Positions 39,303 to 52,200 are shown, counted from the stretch's first letter. The stretch: 64,000 nucleotides of DNA from a virus (IMGVR_UViG_3300020158_000005:1-64000), one strand, 5' to 3'. The notes: generated from the letters alone by a model not told the origin. A program made the numbers and translations.

Positions 39303-39835
39303 TGTCAAAAAGATTAAGAACTAAATTTGAACAAAAAGATATTAAGGGTAATTTAATATGTTACTGCTGTAAACAATATAAACCTACTAACAATTTTGAT
39401 ATAAATAAAGAAAGGTGGTTTAGAGAATTTAAGGATTATAGATGTAAAGAATGTAAAAGTAAACAAATTAAAAAGCGTAAAGAAAATAACAGAGGTAAAA
39501 AAGATTTAGATAGGTTACTTTTAGAAAGATGGCATGGTGTAAAAGATAGAGCAAAAAGAAATAGTTTAATTATAGATTTTGATTGGTTATTTTTGAAAGA
39601 TTTATGGGATAAACAAAATGGTGTATGTGCTATATCAGGTATTAACATGACATTTGAAATGGATAATGGTAGAGTGTATACAAATTTAAGTGTTGATAGA
39701 AAAGATAGTAATATAGGTTATATAAAAGATAATATACATTTGGTTTGTATGGCAGTTAATCAAATGAAGAGTGATTTAACATTAAATGAACTTTTATACT
39801 TTTGTGAAAGTATAATTAAAAATAATAAGCTATGA
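39302..39835 (+). CDS. HNH-family (His-Me finger) endonuclease-like protein with an N-terminal zinc ribbon; putative homing endonuclease
   Basis: 177 aa; CYCC...CKEC; C-terminal LSVDRKDSNIGYIKDNIHLVCMAVNQMK resembles the HNH_3 core but has Arg where the catalytic His is expected; very AT-rich. Confidence 0.45.
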   Translation: MSKRLRTKFEQKDIKGNLICYCCKQYKPTNNFDINKERWFREFKDYRCKECKSKQIKKRKENNRGKKDLDRLLLERWHGVKDRAKRNSLIIDFDWLFLKDLWDKQNGVCAISGINMTFEMDNGRVYTNLSVDRKDSNIGYIKDNIHLVCMAVNQMKSDLTLNELLYFCESIIKNNKL

Positions 39836-42800
39836 AAGTTAAAATAATAAAAGGACCAAAACAGAACGCTAAGAAATGGCATCATGCTCTTAATGGTGCA
39901 TCAGTAATAGACCCTAATGAACCTTTTGACCCAACTAAACCAATTGATTTAAGTAAGCTCCCTAATATTTCTGCTAAAGAAGATGTTGTACCTGAATTAA
40001 ATTTTAGCCCAGCACAATATCTTACAGATGCTAAAGTAGCACAACAAAGTATTGGTAATACTAATTTTCAACCAACAGGAAATATAATGGGAGATAATCA
40101 ATCTCTTCCCACTACCAAAATGATTAAACAACCAAAACAAAAGAAAAATTTTGATTTAGGTAAAACTGTAGCAGGTGGATTATTAGCTATAGATATGATG
40201 ATGCCTTCAGAGCAAATTAAGATGAACTATCCTAGTCCTGCTAATGCTCCTTATTATAATCCTTACCCTTCAGGTACAGGAAGTAGTGCTTTAATGGAAG
40301 ATGGTGGACAAATATCTCCAGAGAAAGCTAAACAGATTTTACATGATGGTACAATAAGAGGAAAGAGAATAACAAATAAACAGCGTAAGTATTTTGGTGC
40401 TATGTCAAATATGGCAGATGGTGGAGATATAGCTGGGGACCCTACTAAACCTAAACCTCTTTCAAGAGAAGTAGTAGATTCTTCTATAGCAGCTCGTAGA
40501 GAAGCGGGATTACCATTAAAAGGATTTATGCTCACTGCTAATGAAAAGGGTGAACCTACATGGATAACTAAAGAAGACTATGAAAAAGCACATCAACCTG
40601 TGTTAAAATCAGCAGAAACTCCTTCTACACCTACAACAGAAGCACCTTCTAAAAAACTTAGATTTATAGACACTAGAGACATACAAGATGCAACAGGACT
40701 CCCTGTTAAAAAGGGTGGAAAACCTGTTGAAGTTGAAGAAGATTATATTCGTAATATTGTTAAAAAAGCTAAAAAAGCAGGTGTGGACCCATACAATGCT
40801 TTAGCTATGGCTTATCAAGAATCTAGATTTGGTAATAGTGAAGGTGGTAGAGAGAATCCTTTCCATATTAGCAGAGAATATGATGATGATTATAGTAAAC
40901 TAGAAAAGAAACATGGGGGAGATGAAGTAGCTATGTTTATGGATATGTTAAAATCTAGAACAGATTATGCTGCTAAAAAACTTCATAAAAAAGGAGACGC
41001 AGAACTATTACAATCTTATAATGGATATGGTAAATTAACACCAAATAGTGAAGATAAAAGTGATTACTACTATGGTATTAATGTTAGAGAGCATCCTATA
41101 GATATGGCTAAAAACCCTATTTATGGTAAAACAGTAGTAGATATTAGAGATAATATTATTAAAAAGAATCCTGATTTAGTTAATATTATAAATGAACCTA
41201 TACCTCAAAGTGCAGGACTTGGTTCTCCTTTAATAACTACACCACCACCTCCAACAGATGATAAATTAGCTTTAGGTGGTGGACTTCCAGGTGCTAATGG
41301 TATGTTTTATCAAAGAGGTGGGGGAGATTGGCAACCTAAGTCTATGAGAATGGGTGGGCATTTCACTACAGCTTACGCTGATGGTGGAGATATAGGTAAA
41401 AAACCTAGATATGCTGCTATTCAAGTAGGAGACCCTAGTGCTATGCAAGCTACTTATACAGTAGATTTAAATAGCGGTACTAAAGTAAAAAGAGGAGATG
41501 GAAAAGGTACAACCACTTTATATAATTCAGTAGATGCAAATGGTAATAGACAGATGTTATCTGAAGAACAAGTAGCTCCTTATTTAAATAGTAAGAATAA
41601 CTATGGTATTACTAACTATAATACTAAAGGAAAACCTGCAGGGACAGATAGTTTGTATTTAGCACCAGGAGCTTCTCCTTCTTCTATACATATGTTTGAA
41701 CAAGGTGGTAGTGTTTATGAGCAAGGTGGTGAATTACAGTTGTATTCTCCAGATAGCCAAGCTGCACATCTATCTCCTTCTATTGTTAAATTCCAAGGTA
41801 AAGAACATGGGGAAAGTAATGCTATAGGAAGTGAGGGTATTCCATTACAATATGGAGGTAATCCTGTAGAAGTAGAGAATGATGAAACAGGATATTCTAC
41901 TGAAGATGGTGGATTTACTGTTTTAGGTAAAATGAAAAATCCTCTTTCAGGGAGAATGTTTAAAAATGATGGTAAGGTATTAGCTGCTAAAGAAGCAAAA
42001 GCTTCTAAACAGTTAGTTAGAGGAACCAACCTAATGGATAGTGCCGATACACAAAACCCATTTGAATTATTAAAATTCAATTCAGGTAAAGCCAAAACCA
42101 TAGGTGCTAAAGCTAAAGCTGAACAAGTAAATCAAGAAAAAGAAACATTAGCAGCTCTACAACAACATATGTTAGATTTTGCTGAACAAAATAATTTAGA
42201 CCCAAATGCTATGTCAAAAGGAAAAATAAAAACAGCTAAGTTTGGTATTCGTATGCCAATAGCAGAAAATGGTATCACAACACCAAGACACGGACAAAGA
42301 GATGTAGACCCTAGTGGTAATACATTTGTTTATGATGGTAATGCAAAAAAATGGTTAGATGATGCTACCTTTATGAAAAATAATAAAAAGTTTGGTAAAG
42401 GTTATGGCACTATGAGTGATGAAGATTTAGTAAAAGGACTAAAAAAGATAGGACCTGCAAAAATGCCTTATTTTAAAGCTCCTGGGGAAAACTATGATTT
42501 AAGTGCTCCAGCAGGGTATGAAGATAAACCATTTACAGACAGAGGTGCTGATATAGAAGGTATAGAAAATACTCCTATATTTTCTCCTACAGGTGGTATG
42601 AACCAATATGCAGAAGCTACTACAGGTTCTAAAAATGATGAGAGTAAAGGTGTTACATTTAAAAATCTTCCTACTATAGCACCACAAAAGAATGACCTTA
42701 TGTTTAAAGGAGCTGATTGGAAAAACTATATTAAACCAGCTTATGTATTAGCTACTAATAAAAAGCAACCAATTAGAATGGCTCCATTACCTACTCCTGC

Positions 42801-43416
42801 CTTAGAGCAATCTTATCAAGGAGAAGTGGATTTAAACCCTATTGTAGCTAACACTAGAGCAATGCAACAAAGCTTAGGTGGAAACGCTGCTGAAGCTGCT
42901 ACAGCAACAGCATTAGCCAACCAACAAATCTATCAAGCTCAGAGTCAAGGATTTGCAGCTAACCAAGATAGAACAGCAGGTGTGTTTGCTAGAAATAGAC
43001 AAGCTATGAATGAGTATGGAAGAACTGCAGCTAGTGTAGCTCAAACACAAGCTGACAGACAAGCTCAAATGGAAGCTAATACAAGAGCTATGACTAGAGA
43101 TGCTTTAGGACAATTCGGAGAAATAGACCTACAAAATAAGAGAGATTGGAACAACTTTAACGTACAAAAACAAATGTTCCCTACTTATGGAGTAGACCCT
43201 AATTATCAACTTAAAGTAGAAAACCCTTATAATTTTAATATTCCTGAAGGTTATTCTTCAGATGGTAGAGGTGGATGGGTAGATAAACATGGTAATAAAG
43301 TAACATTAAAAGAAACTAAAGATGCTATGGGAAGACCTGTTAAATCAGAAAAAACAACAAAAGTAGGTAAATATGGAATATCTATTAACAGAGAGTTTAA
43401 GTCCTATAAACCTTAA
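39832..43416 (+). CDS. virion protein with a lytic transglycosylase (SLT-like) motif; cargo or peptidoglycan-hydrolase candidate
   Basis: 1194 aa; GVDPYNALAMAYQESRFGN (SLT E-S motif); repeated (M/Y)ADGGDI motifs; Gly-rich. Confidence 0.6.
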   Translation: MKVKIIKGPKQNAKKWHHALNGASVIDPNEPFDPTKPIDLSKLPNISAKEDVVPELNFSPAQYLTDAKVAQQSIGNTNFQPTGNIMGDNQSLPTTKMIKQPKQKKNFDLGKTVAGGLLAIDMMMPSEQIKMNYPSPANAPYYNPYPSGTGSSALMEDGGQISPEKAKQILHDGTIRGKRITNKQRKYFGAMSNMADGGDIAGDPTKPKPLSREVVDSSIAARREAGLPLKGFMLTANEKGEPTWITKEDYEKAHQPVLKSAETPSTPTTEAPSKKLRFIDTRDIQDATGLPVKKGGKPVEVEEDYIRNIVKKAKKAGVDPYNALAMAYQESRFGNSEGGRENPFHISREYDDDYSKLEKKHGGDEVAMFMDMLKSRTDYAAKKLHKKGDAELLQSYNGYGKLTPNSEDKSDYYYGINVREHPIDMAKNPIYGKTVVDIRDNIIKKNPDLVNIINEPIPQSAGLGSPLITTPPPPTDDKLALGGGLPGANGMFYQRGGGDWQPKSMRMGGHFTTAYADGGDIGKKPRYAAIQVGDPSAMQATYTVDLNSGTKVKRGDGKGTTTLYNSVDANGNRQMLSEEQVAPYLNSKNNYGITNYNTKGKPAGTDSLYLAPGASPSSIHMFEQGGSVYEQGGELQLYSPDSQAAHLSPSIVKFQGKEHGESNAIGSEGIPLQYGGNPVEVENDETGYSTEDGGFTVLGKMKNPLSGRMFKNDGKVLAAKEAKASKQLVRGTNLMDSADTQNPFELLKFNSGKAKTIGAKAKAEQVNQEKETLAALQQHMLDFAEQNNLDPNAMSKGKIKTAKFGIRMPIAENGITTPRHGQRDVDPSGNTFVYDGNAKKWLDDATFMKNNKKFGKGYGTMSDEDLVKGLKKIGPAKMPYFKAPGENYDLSAPAGYEDKPFTDRGADIEGIENTPIFSPTGGMNQYAEATTGSKNDESKGVTFKNLPTIAPQKNDLMFKGADWKNYIKPAYVLATNKKQPIRMAPLPTPALEQSYQGEVDLNPIVANTRAMQQSLGGNAAEAATATALANQQIYQAQSQGFAANQDRTAGVFARNRQAMNEYGRTAASVAQTQADRQAQMEANTRAMTRDALGQFGEIDLQNKRDWNNFNVQKQMFPTYGVDPNYQLKVENPYNFNIPEGYSSDGRGGWVDKHGNKVTLKETKDAMGRPVKSEKTTKVGKYGISINREFKSYKP

Positions 43417-43487
43417 TTTTTAAAATTAAACTACCTCCCCATTTATTTGGTAGTTCTAATTAAACACATTAATTTTACAAATCTATT

Positions 43488-46202
43488 ATGGCGAGTTATT
43501 TAGAAAATCCTAATGTACAATACAACGCACCAGTACAGACTGCACCATTGCAGTCTTTGGTGGATGTAGGCATGCGTAAGCAAGCTTTATACAATGAAGG
43601 AGTACAACGAATTCAAAGTCAAATTGACGAGACATCAGCTTTGCCAGTAAGTAGAGATGTAGACGTACAATATCTTAACACCTCTTTAGCAAATCTTGGT
43701 ACAGAGCTTAAAAAGCTTAATACAGCAGACTTTTCTCAAATGCAAGTTACTAATTCTGTAGCTGGTATGACCTCTAAAATAGCTAAAGATAAGAATATCC
43801 AAGCGGCTGTTTATTCCACTTTGCATGACCAAAAGAATCAAGCTGATATGGAAGAAGATAGGAAAAAAGGTACACTTACTCCAGATAACGAATTCCATTA
43901 TCAAAAACAAAAACAAGAATACTTAAATTCTACAGATTTAGGTAGACAATTTAATGGTAAATATGTACCAAATTTTGATATTTTTAAATTTGCAAAAGAA
44001 ACTTTTGATGCTGTAAAACCTGATGGTTACACAATAGAACAAATTTATGCTACTAATGCAGATGGTAGCATACAGGTGGATAAAAATAAAAATCCTATTT
44101 ACTCCCCTCTAATGGTTACAATGACTAAAGAGGGTAGATTTCCTGCAAAAGTAAAAGAAACATTAGCACAAATATTCTCTGACCCAAGAGTAAGTCAACA
44201 ACTTAACATTACAGGTCAATATAATTATAGAAATTATGATGGAGAGTCTTTAGTTAAGTTAGTTGAAAAAAGAAAAAATGAGTCTTTAGCTGCAGTGAAG
44301 GAGAAAATGGCTGAATTAAATCTTCAAAAAAATGCAGGTAAAGATGTTTCAAAAGAAATAGAAACCTTACAAGGTGTATTAAATAATAAATCTACTTACT
44401 ACGACCAATATAAAGAAATAGCTACTACTAACCCAGATAGTATTAGAGGGGCTCTTTATACTGATGATGTTAATGATAGATATACTACTATGTTTGGTCA
44501 AATGAAAGAAGAGCATAAAACAGTAGAGAATCCAGGATGGAATCAAAACTTTAAAATGCTAAAAGAAAAGAATGACCAAGCTAATAATGATAGAAATTAT
44601 CTATTAGCAAAACAAAAAGCAGATAGTGAAGAAAAATGGAGAATGTTGGATTACCAACAAAAAGAAAGACTAGCAATACTTAAGAAAAAAGGAAATGGTC
44701 TTTTAGATGATACTAAAGCTGAAAAAGATGATATTCCAGGGACTTATAACCCTCAATCACAAGTAGAGGATTTAGTAACTACTGCTGTTGATAGCTTTGC
44801 TACTACAGCAGATGAATTTATATATAACACTTCATTTGCTAATTTACCTTCTAATAAAGCTACTTTTGATAGATTAATGGCTAAAAATCCTGGAGATAAA
44901 GCTTTTGTTATTAAAACAATGTTAGATGGTACAGCTAAGGCTAATGGAGAAGACCCTATATCTTTTAGAGCTAGATGGGCAGATAAATCTGCTACTGAAT
45001 ATAATCTAAATTCTTCTACAGCTACTCCTCAAATGAAAAATGCTTACGTAGAAACTATGGAAGCTAAAAGGCAAATGGAAGAAATAACTACAATGCAAAG
45101 CGTAGCTAAGAAAACCGTAGAAGCTAAATTAGAAGAAAAATATGGTAAAAACTCAATAATAAATAGTATAACTCCAATAAAAGGTATAGTTAATGGTAAA
45201 GAGTTAAATCTTACTAAACAAGATATATATGACTTAGCTATAGTTACAAAAGGACTGGGTGGTGGAATTGGTAATGAAGATTTAAAAAAAGCATCTAATT
45301 TAGCTTTAAATAGATTAACAGCTAGAGGTAGAGATAAGGAAACTGTGAATCAATTAGTAACAGAGTTAACAAATGGGGCTAATAGGTCATTTACACAAGA
45401 TAGTTGGCAATATTCATTTGGTGAAGGATTTAAACCTACTAAAATAGATTTATCTAGCATTGCAAGCGTAGCTAGTAAAATAGATAGTGAACAATTTAAA
45501 ACTGAATCAGACGAAGAAAACAAAATATACTCTAAGATATTCCATCTTCAACCTAATTTGAAAATGAATATTATGCCAGTAAAAGCTGAAGAAGCTGCTG
45601 CTCAAAAAGAGAATATAAAAAGACTTGCTACTACATACGATGATAATAATAATAACTTATCCTCTGATTTTAAAACATTCTTTAAAGAGATGGATAGTAA
45701 GGGTGCTATATTTGAAGCCCATGTTATCCCTTCCTCAAAAGGTGGAGCTCCTATGGTAAGTATAAGTGTTGGTGGTTCAAAAATATCACATGGTAATATG
45801 ATAATTACAGAAGATGAAGCTGCTAATATAGGTGTAGATGTAAATAAATTATACGAACCTAAACAAATAACAAGTTTAAAGAATATAATTTCTAGTAGAA
45901 ATGGTTGGTCTTCTCAAGAGGACCCTTCTAAAAAAAGTACTTATACATCTGGTCATGCAACATTTGATTCCCATTTAGGAGATTTTCCTAGTTTAGCAAA
46001 TAGTAAATATAATGTAAAAGTAAATTATATACAATCTTCCAATGGTATGTATTTTCCTTGGGCATATATTACAGATGGTAAGAGAACAGTTTTACAGCAA
46101 TTAGAGGGTAATGAAAATTTACAAGTATCTCTTGAGACTCTTAAACAAATAATGACTCCTGGTATGGCTGAACTAGCTCTATCACAAAATTCTAACAAAT
46201 AA
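43488..46202 (+). CDS. large virion/cargo protein (hypothetical)
   Basis: 904 aa, coiled-coil-rich; stop overlaps the start of the giant gene. Confidence 0.55.
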   Translation: MASYLENPNVQYNAPVQTAPLQSLVDVGMRKQALYNEGVQRIQSQIDETSALPVSRDVDVQYLNTSLANLGTELKKLNTADFSQMQVTNSVAGMTSKIAKDKNIQAAVYSTLHDQKNQADMEEDRKKGTLTPDNEFHYQKQKQEYLNSTDLGRQFNGKYVPNFDIFKFAKETFDAVKPDGYTIEQIYATNADGSIQVDKNKNPIYSPLMVTMTKEGRFPAKVKETLAQIFSDPRVSQQLNITGQYNYRNYDGESLVKLVEKRKNESLAAVKEKMAELNLQKNAGKDVSKEIETLQGVLNNKSTYYDQYKEIATTNPDSIRGALYTDDVNDRYTTMFGQMKEEHKTVENPGWNQNFKMLKEKNDQANNDRNYLLAKQKADSEEKWRMLDYQQKERLAILKKKGNGLLDDTKAEKDDIPGTYNPQSQVEDLVTTAVDSFATTADEFIYNTSFANLPSNKATFDRLMAKNPGDKAFVIKTMLDGTAKANGEDPISFRARWADKSATEYNLNSSTATPQMKNAYVETMEAKRQMEEITTMQSVAKKTVEAKLEEKYGKNSIINSITPIKGIVNGKELNLTKQDIYDLAIVTKGLGGGIGNEDLKKASNLALNRLTARGRDKETVNQLVTELTNGANRSFTQDSWQYSFGEGFKPTKIDLSSIASVASKIDSEQFKTESDEENKIYSKIFHLQPNLKMNIMPVKAEEAAAQKENIKRLATTYDDNNNNLSSDFKTFFKEMDSKGAIFEAHVIPSSKGGAPMVSISVGGSKISHGNMIITEDEAANIGVDVNKLYEPKQITSLKNIISSRNGWSSQEDPSKKSTYTSGHATFDSHLGDFPSLANSKYNVKVNYIQSSNGMYFPWAYITDGKRTVLQQLEGNENLQVSLETLKQIMTPGMAELALSQNSNK

Positions 46203-49200
46203 TGCCTGAAAAAGAAACATTAGTTAATATTCCTGGAGTTGGTCCTTTTATGCCTAGAACTCCATTTGTTCAAAGTCCTCTTGATGATGTTATTCCTGGT
46301 GGTAAAGCAACAGTGTCATTAAATGATGTTTTTGCTAATGCAATGAATCAAACTAAGGCATCAGGTGCTGAATCTATTACACCTAATAGATTTTATCAAG
46401 GTAATCAACTTAATACAAGTAGACCTGACACAGATTGGATGGAAGGAGCTGCACAACAGCAGTCTTCTGCAGATAAAATAGCAAATGGTGTTTTAAAAAT
46501 GGTAGGTACAGCAGGTACAACTTTTGTATCTGGTACTGTAGGTTTAATTCATGGTATTGGAGCTGCTTTAGTAGACCAACGTTTTTCTTCTCTATATGAT
46601 AATGGTACAACAAGATTAATGCAAAAGGCTTCCAATGCAATGGAAGATGCTGCACCTAACTTATATACACATGCAGAACAAGATGCTGCATGGTACTCCC
46701 CTAAAAATTTATTTACTGCAAACTTTCTTGGTGACAAGTTATTGAAAAACATGGGTTTTTCTCTTGGTGCTATGGGTGCAGGTATGGCTTGGAGTAGTGT
46801 ATTACAATCTATAGGTGTTGTAAATAAACTTATACAAGCAGGAAAAGGTATGGAAGCTATTACAGCTACAGAAGAAGCTATGAGTAGTGTTCCTAAATTA
46901 CAAAAATATAATGCTTTCTCTAATAAATTAGCTGAGTTAGCTGATACTTATTTAAAACCAATAGGAGCTTCAGCAGCTAAGAATGCCGATAGAATACTCA
47001 CATCTGCAATGGGTACATTTAGTGAAGCTGGAATGGAAGGTATGCAGAGTATGAATAAATTCAGAAATGATGCTATTCAAGATTATAGAAATAAATATGG
47101 AGTAGACCCAACAGGTAGTGATTTAGAAGATATTAATAATTATGCTTATAAAATAGGTAATTATACCTTTGGTATGAACACCTTATTATTAACAGGAACT
47201 AACTATATACAACTTCCAAAAATGTTAGGAAGTAGTAGAAAGATAGATAAGGCATTAATTAATGATGTAGAAAAAGATGCCGCAACTGGTGTATGGAAAC
47301 AAGCTATACCTAAAACTGCTTTTGGTAGATTTGCTAGTAAAGCTTATAATGTAGCTGGTTTAGTATTTGCTCCTGCAGAAGCTTTTGAAGAAGGTATGCA
47401 AAATGCTATACAAACAGGTACACAAGATTATTTTAATCAAGCTTATAAGAACCATGATAAGGCTAGAAACATTCTAGAAAACACTTATGGTGCAATGAAA
47501 GGTGTGTTTGGTACAGGTATTGAGCAAACTCTTAATAGTAAAGATGGTTTAGAATCTATTCTTATAGGTGGTTTATCAGGAGGCTTACAACAAGCTGGTA
47601 TTATAGGTTCATACAGAAATGAAAAAGGTCAAACAAGAGTAGGATTTTTTAAATCTGGCGAAATAGGAGAAAGAGGTGTATTTGGGACAGGAGGAGAAAG
47701 AGCAGAAAATACTACTGCTGCTTTAGCCAGATTAAATAAAATGACTGCACAGGATGCTTTAAAATCTGCAGTAAAATACATGGCTATTGGAATAGGTAGC
47801 CAAGAAAAAAGACAACAAGCTATACAAAATAATGATGTCCTTTCTGAAAAGGATTATGAGCATGACTATGCTCTTTCCTATGTAATGCCAAGAGTATTAT
47901 ATGGTAAGGAAGATTCTATACATACAGAATTAGATGGATATAAAGCACAAGCAGCAACTACTGTTGGTTTTCAAGAATTACAAAATGCTGGTATAGCACA
48001 TCCAGAAGAAACAAACATTCAATTTATCCAAAGAATTGATTCTTTAAAACAACTTACTAAGGATATTACAGATATTCATGAAAAGGTATCTGATAGATAT
48101 AGTGACTATAGAGATAAAGAGGGTAATAAATTATTCGAGGAGCCTGCTATTGAAAAAATGGTATATGCAGCAGCTAAAATTAAAAACTATGAAGAGAGAT
48201 ATAATAATCTCCTACCTAAGTTAGGTGGAGTTAATACTTATGAGGCACTTACTGATATTATAGATAAAGGTGTTCCTAATAAAGAAGCAACTAAACAAGC
48301 TTTAGAAGATATTGAAAATTTAAAAGTAAACGGATTCCCTGCTACAGAAGAAAAGAAAAATGAGGTAAAATCTGATTTTGAAGATTTAGTAGAATTAGCT
48401 CTTCGTAGAAAACATTTTGTAGATGAGTATAATAGTATTAAAAACACCCCTGAAAAATGGAATGATAAACATACAATTAAAACTCCTCCTTCTGCAGGTG
48501 TATTAAAAAAGGAAGATGTAGTAAAAATCACTACAAAAGATGGGGAAGAAGAATTAAAAACAAATACAAATTATATAGCAGGAGCTAAGGAAATTAAAAC
48601 TATGGAAGGTGTAACAATTCCTGGTTTTATGAGTTTTAGATTATTAGGAGAAGATAAAGACGGTAATATTCAGATATTAATGCCAGATGGTAAAAAACAC
48701 ACTATCTCTAAGGCAGCTTTTGCTGAATATAAATTAGGAGAAACAAATAAATTAAGTCCTAATGCTAGAGTATATATTGCTAATGCTGATAAGAAATTTC
48801 ATTACCAGTTAAAAGGTGGTAAATCAATAGAAGGCAGAATTGAATTTAATAAAAAAACAGGGGAATTAGAATTTCATTCTTTAGAAACAAAAAAGGATGG
48901 TACACCAAAGAATATTATTAAAATTACAAGAGACCAATTAGTAGCTAAAGAAGGATATTCTAAAGCACAAATATATTCAGATGAGAAATTCACTCCTGAA
49001 ACAGAAGCTCTGTTACAAGAAAAACAAACAGAAGAAGAAAAGAAAATAGCTGATAATTTAGCTGCTAAAATAGAAGAAAGAAGAAGAATCATTAAAGAAG
49101 TAGCAGATGAAACTAAAGAATCTCTAGATAGAATTCAAGAAAAGATTCTTTCTAAAAAAGAAGAATTAGCTAAGATAAATGAAGAAATAAAGGAATTAGC

Positions 49201-52200
49201 TAAGTTTTCTAAGAAAGATAGAGTGGGTGGTAATACCATTATTACTAATTTCAATAAGTTACTTTCTACTAACATGAAAGCTCTTAGTAGATTAACCAAT
49301 TTAAAGGTGAATCTAGAGAAAGAGATAGAATTTTTAGAGGGAAACAAAGAAACAATAGAAACTAACCTATCTTATTTTGAAGACTTACAGGATAATTTAA
49401 AAGAACTCCCTGAGAATAGTAAAGAATTTTTAGCTGAATTTAAAGACCAAATAGATAATTTAGAATCTATGTCACTACAAATAGGTAGTGAAATTAATAG
49501 TATTAATAAGTTAATAAAGAGTATTGAAAATACTTTAAAAGACCTTGCTAAATTACTTAAGAGTTCTTTTGAAAAATTCAATAAAGATTACCCACATTAT
49601 ATTAAAACATCATTTGATAGAATGATAGGAACTGGTGTATCTGTACCAGAATTCCAATCTATCAAAGAATATATTGCTGATTATTCTCTTATAGAAGATA
49701 CTAAGAAACAAATCTCAGTAGACTCTGCCATGCTTGAACCTTTGGAAAAAGAGGTAGAGGATTTATATAAGCAATTAGGAGAATTAGATAAGGAAATTAC
49801 AGCTAAAACTGTTATTTATAATAAGTTTAAAGCTATAGCTGATAAATATACTAAAGAACAAAAAGAATTAGAAGCTCTACAAAAATCAGAGGAATATAAG
49901 CAATTACTATTTAAAAGCTACAAAGATGTACAACATGGTGAGAATCAAGTTAGTACAGTAAAAGAGTTTGAAGAACCTCTTAAAGCAGATAATATTATCT
50001 ATGCTTCTACATCAGTACCTTCTAAAGAAGAAGATTTAAAACCACACCATAAGAGAGCTAACTACTTCGGTAGTATATTTTCCACTTTAACTAACAAGAA
50101 TAGTATAAAGGGTATATTGATTACAGAAAACATGGGACCCCAATTTGCTGCTATTATTAAATTAACACAAGGGGATTATGTTGTTAAAGGTGAAGATGAT
50201 GCGTTCATTTTAAACGTATTTGTAGCTGAAAACAAAGATGGTGGATTTGATTATATTAATGAAAAAGGAGAATCTATTGGAGCTTTTGGTAGTGAAATAG
50301 ACCCTAATTTATTAGTGTTCCAAACATTAACTTCTGCTAAAAGTGAAACTTCTGGAGGTTATACCAAAGGAAGAGCAACATCTACTCAAGAAGAATTAGA
50401 TGCTTACCAAGAACAATACAAACAATTTAGAGCTAAATTACTATCTGATGCTGGTATGGAAGGAAGAGTGCAGAATGTATCTCCTTCTTTTGGTCATGTA
50501 AAAGAAATATATAAAACTGACGAACCACAACCAGTTTCTAATATAGTAAGTGAAGAACAACTTGCTACAGAACCACTTATTACTATTTCTACTAATGAAG
50601 ATGGTAGAGTGGAAAATGCTTTTCAATCTATTAAAGTACCTAAAGGGGTTCCTGTTTTAAATACAGGTAATTATATCACTCCTTTAAATAACCGTAAATT
50701 AATAGAGAAAGAAAAGAAAACTTTATTATCTATTTTAACTTCTTTAGCTTCTATGTCAAAAGAAGACTTAAGTGGAGAAACAGCTATGAAGCTATTCTCT
50801 TTCTTAAGAGGTGTAGTGTATTGGGGTATTCCAACTAACGAAGCAGGTAGAAACTCTATTTGGTTTGCTAATGGATATTTACATTTTGGTAATAATGAAG
50901 CAAGAGTACCTTTCACTGCAGATGGTTTAAAAGAATATTCTGGATTAGTAAACACATTCTTAAATGAAATGTATGCTAATACAAATAATGCTTATTTAAA
51001 GCAAAATGAACCATTCTTTGAAATACAAGAAGTTGATTCTAAAGGTGTTGTTACAAAAGAACAAAGATGGAACACTTACCAAGAATATTTACTTTCTGAT
51101 AAAACTCCAGAAGGAGAAAAAAGAAATGCAGAAGAAATCCCTCTCACTACAAAAATACCTTCTTCTACATTAGAAGATGGTAATACTACTAGACAAGGTA
51201 TTTATTTTGTAATGGAAAGCTTGGAGAGTAGTTATGTTAAACCTGAAGCAAAAGCTCCTGTAGTAGAAGCTACTACACAAGCTCCTACTGCTCCTGCAGT
51301 TAAATCCCCTTTATTAAAGCAAGGATTTACTAGTGGTGGAACTAGTGAGTTAGTATCTTTTGCAGATGTAATGGCAGATTTAGCTAAAAGACCTACCACT
51401 CCTACAGAAACAAAACCTGTAGAAGCTGCACCTAAACCTGCAGAAACTGGTAAAGATGAATTAGCTACACAAAAGATGAATTTCCAAATAGGTATTATTA
51501 ACCTAGACCCATCTTTATCTCCATCACAAAAAGAGGCAAAAATACAAGAGGTAAAAAATAAATATTTAGGAGAGGTAAAAGAAGCCCAAGCCCAAGGTAA
51601 GCCTACTGGAGCTGCAGCTCTTATAGCAGAAAAATTTGCCCCTATAGATAGAAATGCTCAAACTCGTATAGTAACTTCTACATCAGTAAAAACTGAAGAG
51701 TGGAATAAAGTGGAGAAATGGTTAGCTAAAAACTTCTCAGGAGTTCCTGTTATAAGAGTAAAGAACATGATACAGCTTGCTAATAATACACAAGCTTATG
51801 GATTATTTGCTGATGGTGCTATTTACTTGTATGAGAATGCTGAGTTAGGTACTGTATATCATGAAGTATTTCATGGTGTAATGTTCCACTTTGCTAGTGC
51901 AGAAGAGAAAGAAGCCCTATTAAAAGAGTTCCAAAACAGAAAAGGTACATTTACTCCTAGAGGTAAAGAGTTTGCTGTAGAATATAATAAAGCTACTTTC
52001 AAACAAATGGAAGAAGCTTTAGCTGAAGAATTTAGAGAGTATGTATTAAAACAAACTAGTGTACTAGGTAAGATAGGTAATTTCTTTAAAGACCTTTATA
52101 ATTTCATTTTCAACCATGCTCAAAATCCTTCTAAAACACAGGAGTTATTTAAGAGTATTAATAACGGTGGATTTAGATATTTTGTCCCAGGATTAGAATC

